Shown in pieces: positions 51,728-60,724 of a stretch of 64,000 nucleotides of DNA. Source of the stretch: an uncultured Pseudomonadales bacterium (lineage in GTDB: Bacteria > Patescibacteriota > Microgenomatia > UBA1400 > PJMF01); assembly GCA_964457085.1 (NCBI GenBank), contig CAYWDM010000003.1:128514-192513 (forward strand), given 5' to 3'. The notes beneath the pieces were generated by a model. It saw nothing but the letters and a program-made list of their open reading frames with translations. It was not told the DNA's origin and made no database searches. Position 1 is the first letter of the stretch. Each line of letters begins with the position of its first letter. Both the position numbers and the translations under genes were made by a program.

Positions 51728-52123
51728 ATGTTGAAAATCAAATTAGCTCGTTTTGGTAAAAAGAAACAACCCGCCTATCGAATAGTGGTTAATGAGGCCA
51801 AATCCAAGCGCGACGGTCAATACGTTGCTATGGTTGGTCGTTATGCCCCTACCGAGAGTCCCAAGATTCTCGAGGTCGATATGCCAGCTTATGAAGCATG
51901 GTTGAAAAAAGGTGCTCAGCCCACCGAGACAGTGGCTAGTTTAGTCACTCGCTTAAAATCAGGAAATCCATTCCCACCAAAGAAATCAAAGCCAAACAAA
52001 AAGGCTATGATTCGTGCAGCTGCCGAGGCTGAAGCAAAAGCTGCTGAAGTAGTTGCTCCAGCAGAGCCAGTAGTCGCCGAGGTTGCAGCTGTGGAATCAG
52101 CTGAAACTGAAGTAACTGCTTAA
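51728..52123 (+). CDS. rpsP: 30S ribosomal protein S16
   Basis: MLKIKLARFGKK.QP.YRIVV, GAQPTETV. Confidence 0.96.
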   Translation: MLKIKLARFGKKKQPAYRIVVNEAKSKRDGQYVAMVGRYAPTESPKILEVDMPAYEAWLKKGAQPTETVASLVTRLKSGNPFPPKKSKPNKKAMIRAAAEAEAKAAEVVAPAEPVVAEVAAVESAETEVTA

Positions 52124-52155
52124 TCTTGTATCCAAAAGTACATAGGGATTAAACG

Positions 52156-52467
52156 ATGAAAAACCTTCTCGAGTTTTTACTGAATCATTTAGTAGATCAT
52201 CCAGAATCAGTGGTAGTCGAAGAGATTACCGATGAAGAAGGTAAACTGTATCGTTTTAAAGTTCATCCAGAAGATATTGGTCGAGTGATTGGTAAACAGG
52301 GCAAGATCATCAAAGCTCTCCGTAAAATTGCCCAAATTCGCCTAGTACATGATGGTGAATGGGCACATATTGTCTTAGATAGTGACGACAGCGATAACTC
52401 AGTGAGTGAGACAGCTCAAATGCCTGAGGTCGGTGATGGTGCAGTGATTGAAGACAAAGTAGCTTAA
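52156..52467 (+). CDS. khpA: KH-domain RNA-binding protein
   Basis: LVDHP, DIGRVIGKQG; follows rpsP. Confidence 0.9.
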   Translation: MKNLLEFLLNHLVDHPESVVVEEITDEEGKLYRFKVHPEDIGRVIGKQGKIIKALRKIAQIRLVHDGEWAHIVLDSDDSDNSVSETAQMPEVGDGAVIEDKVA

Positions 52468-52576
52468 TTCTTGAGAGAAACTTTTTATATAGCACTTACA
52501 AACAGAACGCGTTTGTATTGTTTTGTGGTGCCTAATTATCTCGGAAAATACTCGTACTAGATTGGCTTAGTAGTAG

Positions 52577-53353
52577 TTACTCACTTGGAATTCTCTCAAT
52601 TGAAAATGGATCAGATAGTCCCCCACCCTCAACATCATTTTGAGGCTCTGGTTCAGCAATGGTAAAACCTTGAATGGTTTGGAATATTTCTTTTTCTCGT
52701 TGTGAGATCTTTGGCAAGTTAGAGCCTAAGGTGGTTTTAATCTGCTGTGTAAAGTAGTGTGTTTGTAGTGTTAGTTGAGCAGTGGTGAGTATGACACCGG
52801 ATTGTTTTGAGGTGTTTTGGCTCAATGCAATTTTTGTGATGGTAGTGATGGGTGAGATTTGTTCAATCAAAACCATGAAGTCTTGGATGTTATTTAATTG
52901 ACCAATGACTGTGATAGTAATCTCGATGCTGTCGAAGTTAACTGATTGTTGTCTTGCAGTTTGTTTGAGTTGAGCACTCGAGGTGGCAATCTCTCCAGGA
53001 TTAATCTGTAGCTCTGCAACCGCGACTTCTGAGATGGCGGCCACTGAATTAATTCCTGTCATTAGTTCTAGTAATGGCTTTTTTGAAGGTAAGATGGCAT
53101 CAATCTTGTCTGATTGAGCAAATTCTGGCGATAATTTAATTTGCTCTAGTTCCTTATATTTTCCAGTAATTTTATCCAATTCTTGTTGTTCTTTAGCGAG
53201 TTTTGCATTTGCTGTCTTGATGGTATTTATCTGTGGAATAATTGCTAAAATTAAAATTAATAAGCTGCCAAAAAATATTGCTATAGCCATCAGAAGTTGC
53301 TTACGAGTGAAGACAAATAATCGCCAGTAAAGTTCGTTATTTTTATTTGGCAT
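52577..53353 (-). CDS. PilO-like protein
   Basis: TM + coiled coil + ferredoxin-like domain; third gene of the pilM operon. Confidence 0.7.
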   Translation of the reverse strand: MPNKNNELYWRLFVFTRKQLLMAIAIFFGSLLILILAIIPQINTIKTANAKLAKEQQELDKITGKYKELEQIKLSPEFAQSDKIDAILPSKKPLLELMTGINSVAAISEVAVAELQINPGEIATSSAQLKQTARQQSVNFDSIEITITVIGQLNNIQDFMVLIEQISPITTITKIALSQNTSKQSGVILTTAQLTLQTHYFTQQIKTTLGSNLPKISQREKEIFQTIQGFTIAEPEPQNDVEGGGLSDPFSIERIPSE

Positions 53354-53933
53354 TAGTCCCAGTCTTGCTGTCAGATGCGCTGTTTCCAGTTTGCTTTTTT
53401 AATTCAACTGTTAGCTTCATTGCATAGTTGCCAACTTCTGTCCGCCGAATATTGCTTCTATTTAGTGATGAAAAATTTGTTTTCACTTCATCAGAGTCAA
53501 GTTTTTCGACTAGTTTTTCAAGTTGAAAAATACTAGTGCTATCTACTGTGAGCGACAGAATTTGAGCATCACCATCATAGTTAACGCCACCAATAAAGCC
53601 AGAATCAGTGAATAAATTGCTTAGATAGTTAATTGCTTGCTGCTTGTTGTTGCGTTTCTCAAAAATCTCAGCAATGGTTTTTAATTTATTGCTAAACAGT
53701 AGGTATTGGGCCTCTACTGTTTGGTTGGTCATGATTGATTGTTTGGTTTCGTTCTGTTTTTTTACCACACCTTTCAGTGTTGAGCTTAGGTAAATGTTAA
53801 AACCAATTAAAGCAAGCAAGGTTATAACAGTGACGCCAAACACAATTAGTGCAATCAAAAATAGTCGACGATCGTAGACTATGTTTTTCTGGTAAATGCC
53901 TCCTCGTTTTCCGAGAAAGTTAATGCTCTGCAC
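53343..53933 (-). CDS. PilN-like protein
   Basis: N-terminal INFL motif, TM, coiled coil; follows pilM. Confidence 0.75.
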   Translation of the reverse strand: MQSINFLGKRGGIYQKNIVYDRRLFLIALIVFGVTVITLLALIGFNIYLSSTLKGVVKKQNETKQSIMTNQTVEAQYLLFSNKLKTIAEIFEKRNNKQQAINYLSNLFTDSGFIGGVNYDGDAQILSLTVDSTSIFQLEKLVEKLDSDEVKTNFSSLNRSNIRRTEVGNYAMKLTVELKKQTGNSASDSKTGTNAK

Positions 53934-53934
53934 G

Positions 53935-54942
53935 CTACAGCTCCCTCATCAGTAACCCCATACAAATGGTAAAAGCCTGACGATTGGTGGTGGGTATTTC
54001 ACCCTTAATATCGTAGAAAGGATCCGCAAGTAAGACTTCAGCATTAAGTTTTTCGGTGAGATATTGTGTCAATCCAGGAAGTTGAGAAGTGCCACCAGAC
54101 AGCACAATTCTTCGCACATCTCCATTTGGATTCTCGCTTTGAAAGTAACGGATGGATTTGCTGATCTCGCCCACCAGACTATCAATTGCTGGAAGCAGTG
54201 CTTGGCGGACTTTACCCTCAAACTGAGTGCCGTCCAAACCATACTGCCGTTTATATTGCTCTGCTTGCTCTGGGTCGAGACCAATTTCTTGCTCGAGTGC
54301 TTTGCTCAGTGCCTTGCCGCCGAGTGGATTTGTAAAGACAAAACCCAATTCTGCTTGGTCAACAACACCCAGATCTGTGGTGCTGGCACCAAGGTTAGCG
54401 ACTAATGTTGGCGGTTCTGTGGTAGCAAGATCAAGTGATCTAATAACTGAGAAAATTTGTGTTTCGAGTAATACAGGTTCAACGCCAATGCCGAGAAACA
54501 TATTGGTAAATCGTTCAACTACGGTTTTTCGAGCACCTACCAACAGCACCTTCATCGGTTTCTGTTTATCGGTTTTTGCAGGACGAAATAGCACTTGGTA
54601 CTGCAGTGCAAGCTCTTCTTTGGGAATTGGAATATATTGCTCAGCTTGCCACTCAATTGCAGATGCTAGTTCTGCGTCAGTCAAAGGTGGAATTGAGATT
54701 ACTTTGCTGGAAATAGCAGACTCTGGCAAGCTCAGACGGATGTTGGTCCGAGGAAGCTTATTATCATTGATGATCGAGAAAATGACTTCACCAAGTTTGG
54801 TAGCTTGTTCATCATCATTTGGCAACGAAAAACCGAGGTCATTTGGAGCCTCGACTACTCGAGAGATGGTTGGTTTTTTGGCACTTACTCCGCTGACGAG
54901 TTTTAAGCTGTATGCACCAATGTCGATAGCTAGGGCAGGCAT
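53935..54942 (-). CDS. pilM: Type IV pilus assembly protein PilM
   Basis: AIDIG, WQAEQYIP, NLGASTT, LSGG.SQLPGL actin-like motifs. Confidence 0.92.
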   Translation of the reverse strand: MPALAIDIGAYSLKLVSGVSAKKPTISRVVEAPNDLGFSLPNDDEQATKLGEVIFSIINDNKLPRTNIRLSLPESAISSKVISIPPLTDAELASAIEWQAEQYIPIPKEELALQYQVLFRPAKTDKQKPMKVLLVGARKTVVERFTNMFLGIGVEPVLLETQIFSVIRSLDLATTEPPTLVANLGASTTDLGVVDQAELGFVFTNPLGGKALSKALEQEIGLDPEQAEQYKRQYGLDGTQFEGKVRQALLPAIDSLVGEISKSIRYFQSENPNGDVRRIVLSGGTSQLPGLTQYLTEKLNAEVLLADPFYDIKGEIPTTNRQAFTICMGLLMREL

Positions 54943-54962
54943 ATCTATGTTTTTTTTGTTAA

Positions 54963-55769
54963 TTACTTTGTGATCGATGATCCGCTGTATAAGGTGTAGT
55001 CCATGAATGATGGTGGCGTGGATAGCGTGCGTCTAACTTCAATGGCTTTGGCTTGACTCACGCCAGTAACATCTTGTGCTTTGGAAGTAACAGTAAATTG
55101 AGCTCTATTGATGGACGGACCCTCAGCCATAATATCTGTACTGTTGAACAGTGGTTCTATACGAACAAAATAGTCGTTTGCTTGTAAACTCAGCTGATAT
55201 TTAAACTTATAGGGACTGTCTCCAACAACTGTGCTGGCGTAGTTAAAGTTTTTACCGCTGCTACAACCTTCTGATTCAGGTCCTTTCACCGCCTCAAAGC
55301 GACTTGTGATGTTTCCTAGCCCATCTTGGTTGTAAATGGAAATAATTAAAGCAGCTGGATTTTGTGAACAGGGTACAAATGACCAGTTGATATCAATTGG
55401 AGCTGTTGAGTTAACTGACAATTCAGCAGCTGAACTTTGATCAAGGTGTGTTTTTAGGATGTTATCTTGTGAAATTTGTAGATTTACGCTAGCGTTTGGA
55501 TCGGTAATGTCTTGGTTGGCAACGGCAGACAACTCAACTTGGTTTTGCTCAAGACTTTGGATGTCAGCCAGTGCTTTTTCCACACCAGTTTCCGCAGCTC
55601 CAAAAATCTTAGCAGATTCTTCTTGCTGTGCAGTAATTTCAGCTTGTTGTGAGGTTCGAACCATTAATGACAGACCAATAGTCAGTACTACCACAGAAAG
55701 CAAGACTACGATTAAGCCAGCCTGACCAGACTGAGAATGAACTTGAGAACGAAGATAATTGCTAGTCAT
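54963..55769 (-). CDS. PilX-like minor pilin
   Basis: SG|QAGLIVVLL, AAETGVEKAL. Confidence 0.75.
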   Translation of the reverse strand: MTSNYLRSQVHSQSGQAGLIVVLLSVVVLTIGLSLMVRTSQQAEITAQQEESAKIFGAAETGVEKALADIQSLEQNQVELSAVANQDITDPNASVNLQISQDNILKTHLDQSSAAELSVNSTAPIDINWSFVPCSQNPAALIISIYNQDGLGNITSRFEAVKGPESEGCSSGKNFNYASTVVGDSPYKFKYQLSLQANDYFVRIEPLFNSTDIMAEGPSINRAQFTVTSKAQDVTGVSQAKAIEVRRTLSTPPSFMDYTLYSGSSITK

Positions 55770-55879
55770 GAATCCATGATAAAGGAAAAACTTGGATTAG
55801 TAAATCTGTCTATATTATATGAACACTCACCGGGGTCGTGGGTGAAAAAATTGCCGATCAATTGTAGTGAAGACTTGTA

Positions 55880-57928
55880 TCAATTGTGGAGGATTTTTGT
55901 GTCTTCATCTCCCCAATCAATGAGGGGAACCCAGGTATTTGGTTGTACTGCATCTATTTTGTCAGACATAGTTTTTGCCTGTTGTATCAGTTCAAAATTC
56001 GTCCAAGAAGCAAAGCGCAACTCATCAAGTCCATGTTGAGTAGTGCCAAAAATATCGCCCGCTCCACGTCTTTTTAAATCGAGTTCAGCTAATTTAATAC
56101 CACTATGTTCTTTAGTGAATACAGTTAGGCGAGTTTTTGTTTCAGCTTGTTTGCTTGAACTGAATAATAAACAGTAACTTTTTTGCCCTGCCCGTCCTAC
56201 TCTACCTCGTAATTGATGTAGGCTGGCTAATCCAAAACGCTCAGCTGCTTCAATAATCATGATATCGGCTGCAGGAATATCGACTCCAACCTCAACAATT
56301 GGGGTGGTAACCAGTAGCCGAATTTTATTGGCAAATAAGTCAGCAATGATTTGATCTTTTTCTGTGGGTTTTAGCCTACTATGAAGTAGTGACATCGTAA
56401 TGTCTGGTTTATTGGCAAATTGTTGTTGTAGTGTGGCGAATGTCTCGGTAGCTGCCGCGACATTTTCCAGTGATTGCGTGGCTGACGGATCAATAAAGGG
56501 ACAAACCACTAATGCCTGACCAGGTCTGTCAGGATTTGCGAACAACTCTTTGCTCATCCAATCTAAGGCACCGGTTCGTTTCGACTCAGGCACATACCAA
56601 GTAGTAACTGGCTGTCTGCCCTCTGGCAATTGTTCAATTGTTGATAGTGATAGATGCGAGAAAATCGTGAGCATCAAACTTCTGGGAATGGGTGTAGCAG
56701 TCATAGTGAGAATATGTGCGTTGTGTGCGGCTGCGGTCAATTTGTTGGAAACTGAACTCTCGACAGCATCTGTCACTCCAAGAGATCGCTGTTTGACTCC
56801 AAAACGATGTTGCTCATCGTAGACAATTAGTCCTGGTTTAATGTCAACAAGTTTATTGATGACGCTGTGAGTACCGATAAAGAGTGTTGGTGACAGTGTC
56901 TGTAAATCGAGAGAACTTTTTGCTTTGGTGGTAAGACTGGTGATTAATTTGATTGGGATATGTGGAAATTGAGTACTGAGTCGATCGGCATGTTGTTTAG
57001 CTAGAATTTGGGTGGGTGCGGCGATAACGCTATGTTGTCCAGCCAAAACCATTTGCACACAAGCAAGTGCGGCCACAATGGTTTTCCCTGATCCTACATC
57101 GCCAACAAGCAATCGATTCATTGGTTGGTTGGAAGTTAAATCTGTGACGATTTCGGCGAGTGACTTTTCTTGATCAGCGGTAAGTGTGTAGGGTAAGTTG
57201 GTGGGAATAATCGGCAGAGTTGGCTTAATAGCAATGGCATTCTGTCGCTGTTTCCAATAGTTTTTTAATTGTTTGGATTTATGAATCAATGCTAAAAGTT
57301 CTTCGAGTGCCAGCCGTTCTCTCGCCAGTATTAATGACTCACTGTCATCTGGGAAATGTAATTGTTGAATTGCTTGGATAATATCGGTCAACTCAGTGAT
57401 TTGGGCAGCTGATGGCTCGAGATTTGAGATAACGCTTTTGAGAATTCGTCTCAGACTCCCCTGTTTGATAGCAAGTGTCGAGGAATAAACCGGCACCAGT
57501 CTCCCGGTGTGAATAGTATCGGTTTTGACTGCCTCTACAGTGGCCTGAGTCAAAACTCCACGGTTTGAGATTTTGCCGGAAAAGTAAAAATCTTTTTCTT
57601 CATCGAGGGTGTGCTTGATATAGCGATTATTAAACCAAAAAGCCTTGAGCTGACCAGAATCATCGGTGAGCGTGGCTGAAGTGATCCGCCGACCAGTTTT
57701 GTAAAATTCATTCACTTTGCTAATTTGTGCCTGGATAGTCACAAATTGCTTAGGATCGTTGAGTGCAATGGCCTGCTCAATATTTAGTTTGCTACTTCGG
57801 TCTTCATAACGAAGAGGTAGTGTTAACAATAAATCTTTAACAGTGATAATTCCTTGCTTAGCACACAACTCGACAGTTGCTTTTCCCACCCCATGAATTG
57901 CTCGAAGTGGATCAGTAAGCTGGTACAT
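55880..57928 (-). CDS. recG: ATP-dependent DNA helicase RecG
   Basis: GDVGSGKT, DEQHRFG, MTATPIPR, LHQLRGRVGR, GTTQHG. Confidence 0.96.
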   Translation of the reverse strand: MYQLTDPLRAIHGVGKATVELCAKQGIITVKDLLLTLPLRYEDRSSKLNIEQAIALNDPKQFVTIQAQISKVNEFYKTGRRITSATLTDDSGQLKAFWFNNRYIKHTLDEEKDFYFSGKISNRGVLTQATVEAVKTDTIHTGRLVPVYSSTLAIKQGSLRRILKSVISNLEPSAAQITELTDIIQAIQQLHFPDDSESLILARERLALEELLALIHKSKQLKNYWKQRQNAIAIKPTLPIIPTNLPYTLTADQEKSLAEIVTDLTSNQPMNRLLVGDVGSGKTIVAALACVQMVLAGQHSVIAAPTQILAKQHADRLSTQFPHIPIKLITSLTTKAKSSLDLQTLSPTLFIGTHSVINKLVDIKPGLIVYDEQHRFGVKQRSLGVTDAVESSVSNKLTAAAHNAHILTMTATPIPRSLMLTIFSHLSLSTIEQLPEGRQPVTTWYVPESKRTGALDWMSKELFANPDRPGQALVVCPFIDPSATQSLENVAAATETFATLQQQFANKPDITMSLLHSRLKPTEKDQIIADLFANKIRLLVTTPIVEVGVDIPAADIMIIEAAERFGLASLHQLRGRVGRAGQKSYCLLFSSSKQAETKTRLTVFTKEHSGIKLAELDLKRRGAGDIFGTTQHGLDELRFASWTNFELIQQAKTMSDKIDAVQPNTWVPLIDWGDEDTKILHN

Positions 57929-58036
57929 AGAGCTAGAACAATAATGCTGTGGCTAGACTGCCAACAAGCATTGAGGCTATTGCGATGATAGCGAAAATTC
58001 GCAGCAATAACTGGCGTTGTTTTTTGGTCATATTTC

Positions 58037-59239
58037 CTATTTTTTGATAACAGAAAAATAAGTACGTTTACCCACTTTAATTACTTGGCCATCAGCTATC
58101 TCAATTGGTTCTGGTGAGTTAGTTAGTGCGGTGCCTTGTGGTACTAAGCTTACAGCTTTTTGATCGAGTAGTCGACGGATATCACTATTACTTGTTTGAG
58201 ACATGCCCATTTTTACCAATTCAACAGCTGAGATTGCAGTATCTGGCAATTGATATACAGAAATGTCGGTCGGCAGTGCTTTTTCTTGAACAGTTCGTTG
58301 GAAGTTGGCTGCGGCCACATCAGCAGCTGTTGTGGAGTGTAGCTGACTAGTAATGGTGTGAGCCAATCGTTTTTTGTATTGCATGGGATTTTCACCACTG
58401 GTCATGGCTGTTGCCATTTGTTCAATTTCCTCGAGAGCAACATCAGTAAGCAGGGTAAAGTATTCAACGATCACACTATCGCTAATGCTCATCAGTTTGC
58501 CGTACATATCAGTAGCATTTTCGTTGAGGGCAATAAAGTTGTTGTAACTTTTGCTCATCTTGCGGCCATCAGTGCCATTAATGATTGGTGTAGTGAGTAC
58601 CCATTTTTCGTGGTTATTGTAGACGTGTTGCAGTTCACGACCCATCATCATGTTAAAGGTTTGGTCGGTGCCACCAATTTCCAGATCCACATTCATAGCA
58701 ACCGAGTCGTAACCTTGAAGTAACGGATACATGATTTCATGGCCGAAGATTGGCAAGCCATTTTTAAGACGGTCTTGAAACATATCACGCTCAATTAGTT
58801 GCTGAATCGTGGTTTTGGCCATCAACTTAACGATATCCACAAAGTTGAGTTTGTCGAGCCAGTCGCCGTTGCGGCGAATCTCAATCATTGAAAAATCAAG
58901 CACTTTGCTTGCCTGTTCTTTCCAGGTAACAAAATTAGCATCAATTTCACTGTCAGTTAATGTTGGACGAGTAGAATCACGGCCGGTGGGATCCCCGATT
59001 CGCACAGTACCATTGCCAATGAGCAAGATTACTTTATGACCAAGAGTGGCAAATTGTTGTAGTTTTCGTAGGGCAACCGAGTGCCCTAGATGTAGCAATG
59101 ATCCGGTTGGATCAATGCCTAGATATACGGTTATGGGTCGTTCGCTGAGCAATTGAGCCAGTGAGTCTCTCTTGGGAAGTATCTCTGCAACACTACGGTG
59201 CAAAATTTGGTGAATGGCTTGAGGATCGGTGTTTTGCAT
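58037..59239 (-). CDS. tyrS: Tyrosyl-tRNA synthetase
   Basis: GIDPTG..LHLGH, YPLLQGYD, GGTDQ.FN, KMSKS. Confidence 0.97.
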   Translation of the reverse strand: MQNTDPQAIHQILHRSVAEILPKRDSLAQLLSERPITVYLGIDPTGSLLHLGHSVALRKLQQFATLGHKVILLIGNGTVRIGDPTGRDSTRPTLTDSEIDANFVTWKEQASKVLDFSMIEIRRNGDWLDKLNFVDIVKLMAKTTIQQLIERDMFQDRLKNGLPIFGHEIMYPLLQGYDSVAMNVDLEIGGTDQTFNMMMGRELQHVYNNHEKWVLTTPIINGTDGRKMSKSYNNFIALNENATDMYGKLMSISDSVIVEYFTLLTDVALEEIEQMATAMTSGENPMQYKKRLAHTITSQLHSTTAADVAAANFQRTVQEKALPTDISVYQLPDTAISAVELVKMGMSQTSNSDIRRLLDQKAVSLVPQGTALTNSPEPIEIADGQVIKVGKRTYFSVIKK

Positions 59240-59313
59240 GACACAGCAATTGTATCATCGCTTAATCTGGCAAAACTAATTAAAAAGCGAATAGATGATA
59301 ATAACGTCTCAAA

Positions 59314-60585
59314 CTAAACTTTCTCCGTTAATAATTTTGAAACTGCCGCTACATCTTGGGAAATTTGTTTGGTTAAGTCTTCTTTTTTAGAGAACAGAAT
59401 CACCTCTCTGAGTCTAGCTTCAATAGTGACAGTGATTGGGATCTGATTCTCAATTAAGTTTGTGGGTATGCTGTCGGTATCCAGCAAGAAAATCTCAATG
59501 GTTGGAACAGGTTTGTCAAAAGTCGGGATAGGACCGAAGTGTAGAGCTCCCTTGTAGCGATGACCAGCAATTTGAACGTGAGCTGCATAAATACCATGTG
59601 CCAGATTAAGGTTAGCGGGTATTTCGAGATTTAGAGTTGGGAAACCCATTTTTTTACCTCTGCCATCCCCTTTTTGTTGTCTTGAGACAAATTTGACGAC
59701 TAATAGCTGTTGGTTATGCTTGGCTATTTGCCAAGCAGAAAATAATAAGGCTGCCGCGGCCAAGTACTGCGTAGTGTTCAAACTGGTGTGGTACATTTTG
59801 GCATCGATAATCACAGCCAGAACTGGAAAAAATAACTCCAAGATTGTTGCAGTCGTAGCATTAGTTCGTTTTAGTCCTTGGTAGTAGATGGCCAAGGCGA
59901 CCATTCCAGTTGAGAACGCGATAATAAATAAGTTAAGTACTTGAGTAAAATTGATGGCGGTGAGTGCTTGTTGTGAGGGGAAAAACAGTAGCGCAACTAG
60001 ACCAATGGCGGTGGTCAATAGAAAACGAAGTGCGGTGGTGGCATTGGCAGGCAGTCGTAGTAATAACCACCTAGAAAAAACAGTAGAAGTGCCCCAAGCT
60101 GCAGCAGCACCCAGCGCCATTAACGCTGCTAGGTTGGTATTGCCAGCAATGGCGATTTTTCCACTGGGGAAAGTCATAAAAAATCCAGCTAGCAAGGCAA
60201 TGGCTGACCAAACAAGCTGTGATTTATTAACTTTTTCTCGAAGAATTATGGTGGCGGTGGCAAAGACAAAAATAGGCTGTAGTTTTTGCAATAGAAATAC
60301 AATGCTCATGGGAATAAATTGAACTTGTAGTAAGGCCGCAGTGAATAGTACGGTGCCAACCAAACCACTGAGCAGTGAAACTAGCCCAACCATTCCCCAC
60401 TCTTTTGTGGTGAGTTTGGTCAAGACATGTCTGAATTGCCAAAGTATTGGCAATAACAGGACTAACCCAATTGCGTGTTCAGCAGTCACAATTGTGAGTG
60501 GCGGCAAACTATAGAGGTTGCGACGAAGTAAGCCGTCAAGTGCCCAGAGTATTGCTGCAATGATGATGAGAAGTGGTCCAAACAT
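59314..60585 (-). CDS. EamA/DMT transporter fused to a riboflavin kinase domain
   Basis: ~10 TM EamA repeats, then GDGRGKKMGFPTLNL...GIYA...GPIPTF...IEIFLLD...LR..F...L..QI..D. Confidence 0.85.
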   Translation of the reverse strand: MFGPLLIIIAAILWALDGLLRRNLYSLPPLTIVTAEHAIGLVLLLPILWQFRHVLTKLTTKEWGMVGLVSLLSGLVGTVLFTAALLQVQFIPMSIVFLLQKLQPIFVFATATIILREKVNKSQLVWSAIALLAGFFMTFPSGKIAIAGNTNLAALMALGAAAAWGTSTVFSRWLLLRLPANATTALRFLLTTAIGLVALLFFPSQQALTAINFTQVLNLFIIAFSTGMVALAIYYQGLKRTNATTATILELFFPVLAVIIDAKMYHTSLNTTQYLAAAALLFSAWQIAKHNQQLLVVKFVSRQQKGDGRGKKMGFPTLNLEIPANLNLAHGIYAAHVQIAGHRYKGALHFGPIPTFDKPVPTIEIFLLDTDSIPTNLIENQIPITVTIEARLREVILFSKKEDLTKQISQDVAAVSKLLTEKV

Positions 60586-60724
60586 AGTGGCGAAGTATAT
60601 CTTGCAGCTTATGGGGTGACTGTAACAAATACTACTAATTTTTGGTGTGATTTATTGACTGACTTTTTATATTATAGAGGTATTTCTAGTTCATGAGTGG
60701 TCATCCTCTGTTACAATTGTGACA

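Noticed and set aside
54227-54973. Long antisense ORFs (e.g. 248 aa opposite pilM, 202 aa opposite folD, 178 aa opposite ppa, 198 aa at 28732)
   Set aside because: Shadow frames of well-supported genes with no recognisable motifs.
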